DNA of 64,000 nucleotides from Iphione sp. A-MEVVRFRX5 (Eukaryota): NCBI GenBank assembly GCA_976226885.1, contig OZ320314.1, positions 113,832,001 to 113,896,000 of the forward strand, read 5' to 3'. Shown piece by piece: positions 41,847 to 52,834 of this stretch (position 1 is its first letter; each line of letters starts with the position of its first letter). The notes under the pieces were generated by a model. It saw only the letters and a program-made list of their open reading frames with translations, ran no database searches and was not told where the DNA came from. The position numbers and the translations under genes were made by a program.

Positions 41847-41967
41847 ATATATCTAAATATAATTGTTATATGTGTATATGTCGTAATATTGCCAAGTTAC
41901 TGTAACCAAGGTACATACACACTGCGTCATAGAATCGTTCTATAACGACACTCTGTATTGAAATTTT
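41847..41967 (+). repeat. Split direct repeat A1 (121 bp)
   Basis: Identical to 45814-45934 except for 3 substitutions. Confidence 0.92.
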
Positions 41968-41996
41968 GAGCTGTGAAGACGTATTGAGGCGTTGTC

Positions 41997-42848
41997 TTGA
42001 ATATGGAGAAATATTGCAAGAAATGTTCTTGTAAACACCTACCCCCAGTGGGGAAGAAATGCAGAAGCCCCCAGGGGGATGATTCAGTTAATTCAGTCGA
42101 TCCTGCTGGAAGCTCAAATGATAAGAAGTCCAACGATGCTGTTGAAGAGCGTATGAGCAGAATTGAGACGATGCTCGAGGCTTTGCTGGCGAGTGACTCG
42201 AAGTGTGGAAAGAAGAAGACCTTGGTTAACGAGGATTCCAACATGACCAGTATCGATGATGAAGATGAGTCTTCAAGTTCTGATGAGGAATCGTCCAGGG
42301 ACTTGAAGAAAAAGTCTAAGAAAGGTAAAGAATCCAAGAAATTCCAGATATCATCATATGTGAAGGCGAGAAAGGTGGAGTGTTTCGAGGATTTGATGGT
42401 TGGATCGATGGGTCTCCTGAAAAAGTTGATTGCTACAGGGAAGGATGTGAATGGCTATATCGAGCACATATCCTTCTTGGCAGATAGAGCAGCATCCAAG
42501 ATCTACACTAGTGAGGCTCTCATCTCATACGACAAAGAGATGAGGAAGAAGGCGACGGACGAGGGGTTGGAGGCCTTCGTTTTCGGTGATTCAGTGAACG
42601 TGCACAGATATTTAAGCCTGGACACAACGGTGGATGTGGCGAAAAAGAGGGATGAAAAGAGAAGGAACAAGAAATCGGTGGGCATTTGTTACAGATACAA
42701 CAACAACCAGTGTGAGGATTCAAGTTGTCGTTTCAGGCACGCCTGCCTGAATTGCCAGAAGGGGGGCCACCGGTCTTCTGACTGTTTTCTTGGGAAAACG
42801 ACAGGTGGAGACACAAGTAAGACGAAGGGAGCGTCAAAGAAGGACTGA
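41997..42848 (+). CDS. Gag-like ORF1 of the Ngaro element (283 aa)
   Basis: N-terminal CKKCSCKHLPPVGKKC, an acidic/basic linker and C-terminal CYRYNNNQCEDSSCRFRHACLNCQKGGHRSSDC (CCCH plus CCHC-like fingers). Ends at TGA 42846-42848. Confidence 0.85.
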   Translation: MNMEKYCKKCSCKHLPPVGKKCRSPQGDDSVNSVDPAGSSNDKKSNDAVEERMSRIETMLEALLASDSKCGKKKTLVNEDSNMTSIDDEDESSSSDEESSRDLKKKSKKGKESKKFQISSYVKARKVECFEDLMVGSMGLLKKLIATGKDVNGYIEHISFLADRAASKIYTSEALISYDKEMRKKATDEGLEAFVFGDSVNVHRYLSLDTTVDVAKKRDEKRRNKKSVGICYRYNNNQCEDSSCRFRHACLNCQKGGHRSSDCFLGKTTGGDTSKTKGASKKD

Positions 42849-44897
42849 CTAGTCTCCGCTTCATGCAAGGACAACAAGGAGCCTATATGTGAGTTGCTAT
42901 CAGTTGATACCTTCGTTGAGCAAGCTGATGGTTGTTTAAACAACACAGATTTTGAATTTGCTGACGATGATAGTATTAACGCTGACAGAGTGACTTTAGA
43001 AGCAAGTGTAACGTCGTATGACGTAACCGACGTAAATGATGTTGAGAGTGATGTAACCGTGTATCGCGATTCACTGTCAAAGTACATTGACGACTCTATG
43101 AAGGATGACAAAGATTGTATTTGTTATGTAAAGAGTCATGATTATTTGAGATGTATACCAATATACAGAAATTGTATTGAAGGTATTTGCCAATGTGAGT
43201 ATAACTTGGTTGGAGGGAAGAGTAAGTTAAAGCCTTGCCGTAATTTCGGTTACCTGTGTCGTTCAAGTTTGGATGATGAGAGTGTTGATTATTTATGGAA
43301 AGGCTTCAGCTGTGGTTTCAATATTGTGGATGATGGGTGCGAAACTCAATACTATTGTCAGAATTATAATTCAATTTTGAGTGATGAGTTTCAACCACAG
43401 ATGACAAAGAAAATACTGAACGAGTTGGATGAGGGTTTTATTACAGAGTGTGACTATGTACCAAAATGTGTGAATGCCCTAGGAGGTGTATACAAAAGTA
43501 ATGGGAAACTGAGGCCCATCACAGATTGTTCAATGCCACCAGGTAAAGCCATTAATAATTACATGGGTACAACTCACAAGGAGTTCACTTACAAATCTGT
43601 TGATAATGTCTGTGAAATGCTGTCTGAATCGGAATGGATGTCAACATGTGACATCAGAAATGCATACCGCTCTGTCTTGGTGAAGCCCGAACACAGGGAT
43701 TTTCAAGGTTTCAGTTGGAAGTGTAAAGGAGGTGAGAAAAAGCACTATGTAAGTAATTCCATGTGTTTCGGATTGAAATGTGCCCCTTATATCTTCAGCA
43801 GAATATCCGAGTATATTGTACAGGAGTTTGCCTACAGGTGCTCGGGGAGAATTGTGAACTACCTCGATGATTTTATTGTAATAGGTAGCAGCTATGATGA
43901 ATGTTGTAAACTCCAATCTGTATTGATTGAGGTGATTGAAAGTGTAGGCTTTGAAGTTGTGAGAGACAAATGTAGTGAGCCATCTCAAGAATGTAAGTTC
44001 CTTGGCATTGTCATTGACTCAATCTCAATGGAGTTGAGATTGCCAGAAGGAAAAGTACAAGAGGTAAAGGAAAAAATCGAGGACTGTCTTTGTAAGGGCA
44101 AGATGAAAAAGAGAGAGTTAGAGAGTTTGGCAGGGCTACTGGCCCATTGTTCTACAGTAGTAAAGGGAGGCCGCACATATTCTAGATCTCTCTACGACCT
44201 AATCAAGGAGATTAAAAACAGCCAGTGTGTAACCAGCATCAGTCAGTGTGTTAGAAGCGATCTAGCATGGTGGTTGACATTCATTGATTGTTTTAATGGC
44301 AAGAAGAGGATAATCCGGACAAGCGAGCATGAAATGGTTATTACAACAGACTCGTCACTCAAAGGTTTCGGTGGCTGGATGGAAAATGACTGGTTCTATG
44401 GCAGTTGGGATAGCACCGGAGAAGCGCCTGATAACCATCACTACGAAGGGAAACCCATCTCAGATACCTACGATGACCATATTAACATTTACGAACTGTG
44501 GGCTGTCGTGGTTGCGTTGAAAAGATGGGGAGATGTGATATCAAATAAGATGGTATTGCTGAGAGTCGACAACCTACCAGTGTTGTATATGTTAAGAAGT
44601 GGTAGGAGCCACAACAAGTGTTGTATGCGTTGGTTAAGGGAAATTTTTTGGTGTTGTGTATTTCGTAATATTTATTTTAAAGTTGAATAAGTGAAAACTG
44701 AAGAAAATGTCTTGGCAGATATTCTATCACGTATTGCTTATGATGACCAGTTTCAACGCATTAACGACTTGGTCACTGTCAAGGAGTTGTGTTGCAAAGG
44801 GCTATTGCTTTCTCTTTGTAGGAGAGGCACGAAGACTGAGGAAGGAGGTGAAGGCATTGAAGGAAGCATCACTATCGGAGAACACCAAGAAATGTAG
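42849..44897 (+). CDS. Reverse transcriptase/RNase H ORF, in frame with gag, with one internal TAA (44688-44690)
   Basis: RT motifs KLRPITDCS, CDIRNAY, MCFGLKCAP, YLDD (43860-43871) and FLGIVID. RNase H motifs TTDSSLKGFGG, HINIYELWAV and VDN; NVLADILSR follows the TAA. Confidence 0.9.
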
Positions 44898-45759
44898 AGC
44901 TCTCCAACTTAAAAAGTACCAGGAATTTTGTGACATTATTGGACGTGAAGCATTTCCATGTTCTAATTATACAACTTGTATGTATCTAGCTTATTTGGGT
45001 TGAACCATGTGCTTTTCCTCTATAAGGAATTATTTATCAGGCCTTATACATTGGTGTAGAACTTATGGTTGTATTCCACCAGATATCAATGATTTTGGCA
45101 TTTGTCAAGTACTTAGGGGTCTGAAAAAGAAGGTTGACCATCCACCTGTAAGAGCTTATGCGTTTACTATTTCTGACATGGAATGTATTTTTGATAGAAT
45201 GGATATGTCAGACGACTATGATTTTTTGTTTTGGTTAGCATGTATCCTAGCTTTCAGATGCTTGTTAAGGAAAGAGTCTTTTTGCTCTTCTTCCAGTATT
45301 TCTTGGGGGGAAGTGGAGTTTAGTGATGCTGGGGTTATTCTCAACATGAAACGAGGCAAAACTGTGATTTCAAGTGGTGACGGTTTTTCTATCCCTGTGT
45401 GTTATGCGAAAAATTACAAGTTTTGTGCCGTGACATGGCTTAAAATTTGGCATTCAAAGCATTTTGTCAATAATAATCAAAAGGTCTTTTGCTTTTATGA
45501 TGGTAAAAAGTATGTGAATCTAGATTATTCAGCTTTCATGACTACGCTGCACTCTGTATGTGTTGATCTTAATATTAGTGGGCGACTCTCCTCTCATTCA
45601 TTTAGGAGAGGTGGTTGTACCTTCCTGGCATCAAAAGGTGTAGATATTTCAATTATTAAATCACGAGGTCACTGGAGGACCAGTTGTGTGGACAGATATA
45701 TTGATTTGGACTATAGAAAAATGTTTTTGTCTGAATCTGCTATTTCCTCATGTTTCTGA
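44707..45759 (+). CDS. Tyrosine recombinase ORF, +1 frame overlapping the pol tail, with one internal TGA (45001-45003)
   Basis: N-terminal SLSENTKK...YQEFC, then LLRK (catalytic R), GKT, SHSFRRGG (HxxR), RGHW and VDRY (catalytic Y). Confidence 0.9.
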
Positions 45760-45768
45760 TTGGGTTTG

Positions 45769-45934
45769 GGCACTGTATATTTCCCAGTTTGTCCTTGAGT
45801 TGGTCTATGAGACATATATCTAAATATAATTGTTATATGTGTATATGTCGTAATATTGCCAAGTTACTGTAACCAAGGTACATACACACTGTGTCATAGC
45901 ATCGTTCTATAACGACACTCTGTATCGAAATTTT
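45769..45934 (+). repeat. Internal B1-A2 junction repeats
   Basis: B1 (45769-45819) and A2 (45814-45934) overlap on ATATAT. Confidence 0.9.
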
Positions 45935-45951
45935 TACTTTATGTTATTAAA

Positions 45952-46002
45952 GGCGCTGTATATTTCCCAGTTTGTCGTTTAGTTGGTCTATGAGACATAT
46001 AT
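45952..46002 (+). repeat. Split direct repeat B2 (51 bp) running into (AT)n
   Basis: Three substitutions relative to B1. Confidence 0.9.
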
Positions 46003-46919
46003 ATATATATATATATAATGGAGATGAAAAACAGCTGACTTTGTGAACCTTTTGAGTCACTCGCCGGATCAGAGAATGGGTTTGTGTGTGAAGCTCCTCC
46101 AGCAGATGTGTTGTACAATGGCGCACATCAAAGTATCAATAGTCACACGTCAATAAACTTCGCAAAACTCTCATGACTTTTCTGGTGTCTCTCCTAATCT
46201 GAGACTGGTTGGAATTTGTACGCACCAAGTAAACAGAAAAAAATAGTCCTGAAGGCATAAAACTTCCTGATTTCTGGTTCATCTTGCTATGTTATTATTG
46301 AGACGTTTCACTCTATATGCATCCCTGCGGACATAACAAATTCATTTTATATTTTTTTTAAATATTTTTTTCTTATAAAGCTAACGTTTTGCGTTGCCTC
46401 CTCATAAAGAGTAGCTAGCTGCCAGCAGCATATGAATCATATAGTGAGTGCTGCTCTATACCTACACTGACATGTCCAGTCTCCCTCGACAGAGAGGAGA
46501 GCGCAGATAAATTATGATGGAGTTGCTCATCACCACACTCGCCATTAGTCGGGTCAGCATCGGCTTTGGTACTTCAATGAGGAAAGTTTGATCTGGCCAT
46601 AGAACAACGGGGCCACTCTTACTCCAACGAGCTAACAATATAATAAACTCATGCTGTAACCGGATTTTTTAAAAAACTCAAACACTGCTCGTACTGTTAA
46701 GACTTGCTTAATTGTCGGATATGTCTGTGATCCTAATGTCTGCTATTTGAAGGACAAACTGGCGGGAAATCCGTTAAGGAATTTAAAATTACAAAAACGT
46801 TGAATATGGGAAATGGCCGGTAGGGATGGTCTGAATAATTCCTCATGGTCTGAGTTGCTCATGCCGTGATGTGCGTTGTTTATGGCATGAGTCGGTTGTG
46901 GTAGAAAGGTGAGTTGGCT

Positions 46920-47200
46920 CTGGTGTAAATGGGTTACCCTACTGGCAGGGTATACAGTGTGTGTATAATGAATAGTCCAGCAAGTATAGATGTAGATGGC
47001 ACCAACATGCTATCCGGTGCCTAACCATATCAGCCCGCTATATGAGCAGTTGCTTCCATGCGGGATGCGGGTAGCACCCCCTAGCGGGAACCACGTTTAC
47101 CATTACGCCACTCTCGACATTTGCTCATATCCCCGGCCGCTAGCAAAGGAACTGGATGACTATCGGATCAAAGGTTAAAGGTAAAAGGTCCAGGATATTA
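46920..47200 (+). mobile_element. Possible SINE remnant
   Basis: GTAAATGGGTTACC resembles a common SINE core motif (recalled). AAAGGTTAAAGGTAAAAGGT at 47170-47189 is tail-like, possibly of a neighbouring minus-strand element. No Pol III boxes found. Confidence 0.25.
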
Positions 47201-50200
47201 ATCATCCCTTAGGGGCTGACGTCCTTTGGGTCGAGGGGTCCAAGAGGAATGGTTTGCCTTGATGTTAAACCCAACCCCAATCATCCATATTAGCTGATGT
47301 TGTCACTGAGAAAATGAATCTACCCGTCTCTTTTTTTTTCTTTAACAAAATAATCCCGTCTACCAAATAAGAACAAAACAAAAACAGTTTATTGACGTTG
47401 TTGGTGAATTCTTTTCTTCATGATTGCTGCATTTTACGTCAGCCGTGAAAGAGCGATATTTCGTTTCTAATTAGAACTCACAACCTTTTGAGCGCTTTTC
47501 TCTGTCTCCAAATATTATCCCTGTTCTTGTACGTAGACTTGCTGGCCATCTGAAACCCGTCGACTTTGGCTGCCGAGGAGGCGAGGGTCACAAATAAAAG
47601 GCGGTGCCACCTTCTTCACAGAAACACGAGAGAGAGTAAACGGGAGCGAGTGTCAAATTCTACTTAAAACGTCTTCTTTATTGAACTGGATTAATCGTAC
47701 GATGCGGAAGGCTCCAGTACTTCAGAAAACCTCAACCTTGCATCGCAGGGCCCTATATTTCCTGGTCAGAGAAGGATGAGAAGGGAGGAGGGGGGGCGGA
47801 TGGGGGGGCTCCGTTGTGCTGTTTTCCCCGCTGGCCGAATGGACTTCGTCGTTATTCGATCTCTGACGTGTGCTATAATGTATCATCTTCGACTTTTGCA
47901 GTCGTAGAAGGGCAGAGATAGATGTGGTACTGCGTCTCAGAAAGTCGGACTTTTCCATCCGTTACTGAGGCAGTCAGTCCGGCCCAATAACTCCCCGCAC
48001 CACGTCATTATATGCAAAAGGAACCGGTTTCCCTATTTGCATGTTGAGGGCAAATGCCCTTATGACCACAGGAGTAGGCCAGGAGCGGACAGGGGGACAG
48101 TCCAGCGGGGAAGTAGATCCATCAAAGAAAGAAAAGAGCAATCAATGCGGTGGATGGCCGTTTGAAGCAAAGAGTACTTTTTTTTGCGCGCACGGAAGCA
48201 ATTTTTGCGCTGCGGCCATAAAGTCCAACCCGTACGAGGTCGTACGCCGCCATGTCAGTACCCCCGGCGTTCCCTGAGAACGTCCCGGCTGGGGAAGAAA
48301 AGCCGGCACCACTGATCGCTAATTACCGGTGTTGAGCGTGACCCTGTGACCTTTAGCCCCGTCACGTGATTACATGTCATGAGCATGCGCAAGCGACCCC
48401 TGACTTCCGTTCGCCGACAGCGAAGATGTCTGCTCTGGTAATTTATGTCCGCATAGATTGCCCACTAACAATGGCGCGGTCCCGGTCAAGGAGGGCTAAA
48501 GTAATGGTCCCCACAAACAGTGAGGCGGCATTTATTAAGCCGTGCAGGTAATCCATTGGCATCATGACCTCGCAAAACATTTGTTTCCGGGTGCCCTGTT
48601 CATCCTCGACTGTTTTTCGCACAGTGGCGCAGGTCCGTGCCTTTTCCCAGAGTGTAGATCTCTGCCGGGGCGTTTGTCAGGAAAGGGGAAAGAGATGTCG
48701 GGAAACAGGCAATTTTGCCTCTAAAGTAAGAAAAAGACGAGCATCCAATAACAGGTAATATTAATATAAGAGTTATTCAGATAGCATATGCGTTTGTTAT
48801 TACGTCGTGGATAACGTAAATAGCATTTTAAAAAGCCACATTGGGCTCTTACTTGCCGGCCTTCTGTAATATATATATATATGTATATATGGTATGTAGC
48901 AAAACTTTCGTTGCGCCTTACCATACGAAGAGTTGGTATTAGCTATGGTATCTTTCGTAGCTAGAGGCAGATTTAAAGATGCGTATATAGAAAGCGCCGG
49001 CCATGATATTAACGGAAATGGGTGTGTTCACACTTACAACGTATTGAGGTTTTAGCGAGAATCAAAATGTTAAATGAGCAAAAACCAATTAGGAAAGGTC
49101 CATTTACACTTGTCATGAATCGTATCAACGCCAGTCACCTGAGGCGTTTTCTTTTGGAACTTGCTACTAACCTGCACAGGAAAAAAGGAAGATATTCCAT
49201 GTTGGTAGAAACATGGGAATTTGCCGGGCAAGACTTGCCTGTACTGTAGACACGTACACTGTTATATTTTCCTGGCTGCTTGTCAATTTTCACGGTAATC
49301 ACTAGGCATAAATTATATATAATAATCGTCACGTTCGCGTGTCGGCCGCCATCTTGCATTTCTGTGGCTGCCAGACTTGAAATACTACGAGGGTAGTTAT
49401 GGGTATTTTTTTTATAACGGGGACGGCCCGTGTTGCGACCAGCACGATCTGTCAACCAGCTTCCCATACCTTGTAAGGCTCGTTTAAATTTTTTTTTATC
49501 CATCCCGTTGTAATTTGACACGTAGGTCGCATTTCATGTGAATTTCACCAATCGATCCATTATGTAGGTTTCTGGGAGGTTGGAACGGGCCAGGACACGG
49601 CCTACAATTAGGTGCTGTCCGTACACAGAAATGGCGAAATCGATCTCTCCGTAAACGGATTCGAAGCTTTAACCCAGTTTGCATTGATTAATGAGTGTTT
49701 GCTCTGCGGTTATGGAAACTGAAAGCAACTCGTTTTTCTCGCTGGACGATGAGAAAAGAAGATTAATTTCAGGAAAGCCTCTTCGTCAACAAGAAACACT
49801 GATTAGTCTTGGTTCATAAGACTCAGGAGCAGACTTCTTAACAAAAGACCTCGCTGTTATTTGTCCAGGTGAGGAAAGTGAAACTCGAATATATATTCCG
49901 GAGTTCTCTTAAAAAATAAGTCCTTTGAATATCACTTGTTGGACACACCACATTCCATCCCACTGAGAAGTCACTGGTCCATGATGGCCTATGAATAGAT
50001 TGTTCAAACTACCACACTGATGGAGTCTTACACAGTTCAACCTTTTAGCAGGCCAACACCAGTCCGACTCCTTTCAGCATGAACCATGGGTCTGCTTATG
50101 AGTAAAAAAACACAACACCGACAAAGCTTTTACAGACTTTTACATCTCACATTTATATTGCAGACCAACACTAGACAGTACACCTCCCCTCAGCATGAGC

Positions 50201-50605
50201 ATTGCGTTTTGTTATGAATAGAAACATACACCCACCATGATCAACAATACAGAGTCTTGTACATTTTATGTACTTATCACGCTGCCACAAATTAACATTC
50301 ATCCCTTAAAACCCAAGATTCAATCCTGTTCTGAACGGAAGCAAAAATAAAACACTGTGATCAAGAGAGTGTCATGTCTTTATCTTCTAGCCGGACAACT
50401 CCAGCAAGTGTCCTTTCTCTCTGGCTTACGACCGAGCCTTCCTATGATTAGGACCACAAAAATCACCGTGACCAACCAACAGGGTCTAAATGTCTTATAT
50501 ATACCCAACAAACCAGCACCGGCGATGCCCTCCCGCAGGCATTTAGTCCGGTTATGAAGAGTGACATTAGCCATAACCAACCACAGGAATATTCTGTGTT
50601 TTATA

Positions 50606-50771
50606 CAGTGGAGACTCTATTTATGACCACCATTCTTTATTTCAGACCACCTGAGGCGGCAACAAAAATCTAGATTTCTATAGAATTCATATCCTATTTG
50701 CAACCAAATTCACTATTACGACCACTTCAGCAAGGAACCACGGGGTGTGGTCGTAAATAGAGGTTTGACTG
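50606..50771. mobile_element. Tc1/mariner (pogo/Tigger-type) MITE, 166 bp
   Basis: TA|CAGTggagactctatttatgaccac ... gtggtcgtaaatagaggtttgACTG|TA. TIRs of about 25 bp and TA duplication. Confidence 0.85.
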
Positions 50772-51797
50772 TATATCTCAGAGCCCAACAACAGTCACTC
50801 CTCTCAGGGTTCGGATTTGGTCTGGTTTTAAACGGAGGCATAAAAACCACCAGGACAAACCAAAAGATACATGAACATGTTTTATATATCTAGCAGGTTG
50901 ATACCAGTCAACAGCGCTTCTTACCAAACGAGCCCTGGGTCCGGCTCTGAGAAGGAATGCTCTAAAACTACCACAACCATCGAGTGGAGTCTCTTATACA
51001 TCTCATATATCCAGTAGGCCAACATCAGGCCATATCCACCCCCCCCCCCATCCGCCCCCTGCACTAGGTCTCCGTCTGGTGGCGAATGGAATAAGCTAGA
51101 CAGTGTTTATCTCTGGGGGAGATGACTTGGGACCATAAGGTCTAGTCTGGGCAGTCTTGGCTGTGTCGACCGTCAAGGAAAGAAGCAACGAAGTCAATTA
51201 GACAAGTCAGCCCACGACGCACGCGAAGTGTGACTGGGATTTGCAAGATTTGCTCCTCACAATGTTTCAAATGACCTGTCTGATATCTAGCGATACATGT
51301 ATAGAGCCATACGAAATATAGGAGTCACGGGTGAACAATAGGCACTGTGGGTAAATACAGATTTTACGCACCTGGCACATTAGACATTCAACATTAAAAC
51401 ATTGTCATTCTCCATATGATTCGCCCTGATTCTCTTTGCTTAAAGATTTTCAAGACTTCAAGATTTGTGTACATGTATATCACTTTTGGGTGTCTACACA
51501 ACAAGGTCTTCCAGGGAGCGTACAAAAAGAGAATGTAAGAAATGTAACACGAGTTCTAACTCAGAGCATGAGTTATAGGTTAAGAACTGATGTCGATCAT
51601 GATTCTTTAACTGACGCTTTAGTTGCCTCAGTCGAACGTTGAACCACTTCACTCTCACTCTTCTAGTGTGTCGACTGGCCACTCTCTTCTGGCTAAACCC
51701 GTAAGAGAAAAATACAATGGATTGCCTTAAGTATGCAGATGCTGTTTAGCCCTTTGCTCAAGTGACTTCAATTTCATTGCCCTTGTAAATGAGATGA

Positions 51798-52145
51798 TTA
51801 TACGAATGTTTTTGCATGTGCCACCATAATTTTCACTCTTCTAGTACATTCTATTTGCACTTCATCCAGTACTCCCTGTAATTTAGAAGAGACACTGTTG
51901 ATGATTTTCCTGTGAGCTATGTCCAAGCAGTAATGTCCTTCGGTCCACAACGAAGTTTTAATCGTACTTTTGCTAGAGGCAGTGAAATATATTGTTAATT
52001 CAACTGGATGGAGGGCACTTTCCGTCAGAACCTGCGAGGATACCATCCCGTTGATGACAGTGACGAAAAGCAGGGCTACCATGATACTTCCCTGGGGTAC
52101 CCCATATCCCACGTCCATTTGAATCATGATTGTTACCTCTAACAT
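51798..52145 (-). pseudogene. Highly decayed non-LTR (L2/CR1-group) reverse transcriptase fragment
   Basis: GVPQGS at 52086-52103 followed by LLFVTVIN. The YADD position reads HPVE, each codon one base from Y-A-D-D, followed by TIYF. Confidence 0.7.
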
Positions 52146-52799
52146 ATTGTTGCCTTCCCATTAAATACGTCTGTACCCAGGCTACTGTCGTCCTCCCATA
52201 TTATCGCCGACTTATTTTCTCCTAACCTTGTTATTTATCCCGTGGAAGGCCTCTCCCATGTTGCGACTCACAATGTATCGATATAACCAGCTTCTGTGGC
52301 TTCCACTGCCGTCCATCGCACAGAACATACACAGCACGGTACGTCCGCCATGCTCGGCTCTTCACCCCCCACCAAGAGGTGGCGCCACGCGGATTTAAAG
52401 CATCTCATCTCCTAATTTCCTCTCTCGAACATGTTGAATGTTCTCCCGCATCAGCGCGGGGCCTGGACGACCCCTAGCCCTAGGTGCCTCATGAGCTTCG
52501 GCGATTTTTACCGCCGAAATGTTAAGCCGCTCGCATCCCGACAACTGCCAAGTCCCGCCCCACCCCAACAGCCCTTGCTGGCCCATTGCCCTCCTTCAGC
52601 CTACAGCGTCCCTTGCCAGACCATCGCTCCACCTCTCACCAACCTCCAACCTCCCAACAATTTATCCTCCTCTACCAACCCCTCCCTCCCTTCGTCCCCG
52701 CTAGCTCCGATGCCTGTCGCCTATTGCTCAGCAACCGATGTCCTTGCACCCTACGACTGATCGTCCACCATGGCTAGACAGCTCCCCCCACCTCCTTTT

Positions 52800-52800
<1 letters not shown>

Positions 52801-52831
<31 letters not shown>
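52801..52831. repeat. (CA)n microsatellite
   Basis: Perfect CA run. Confidence 0.95.

Positions 52832-52834
<3 letters not shown>

Larger units (their letters stand above)
41847..46002 (+). mobile_element. Ngaro-like DIRS-order tyrosine-recombinase retrotransposon, near full length, 4.16 kb
   Basis: gag, RT/RNase H and YR frames bounded by split direct repeats A1 (41847-41967), B1 (45769-45819), A2 (45814-45934) and B2 (45952-46002). No methyltransferase domain seen, which fits Ngaro better than DIRS1-like or PAT-like elements. Confidence 0.93.
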
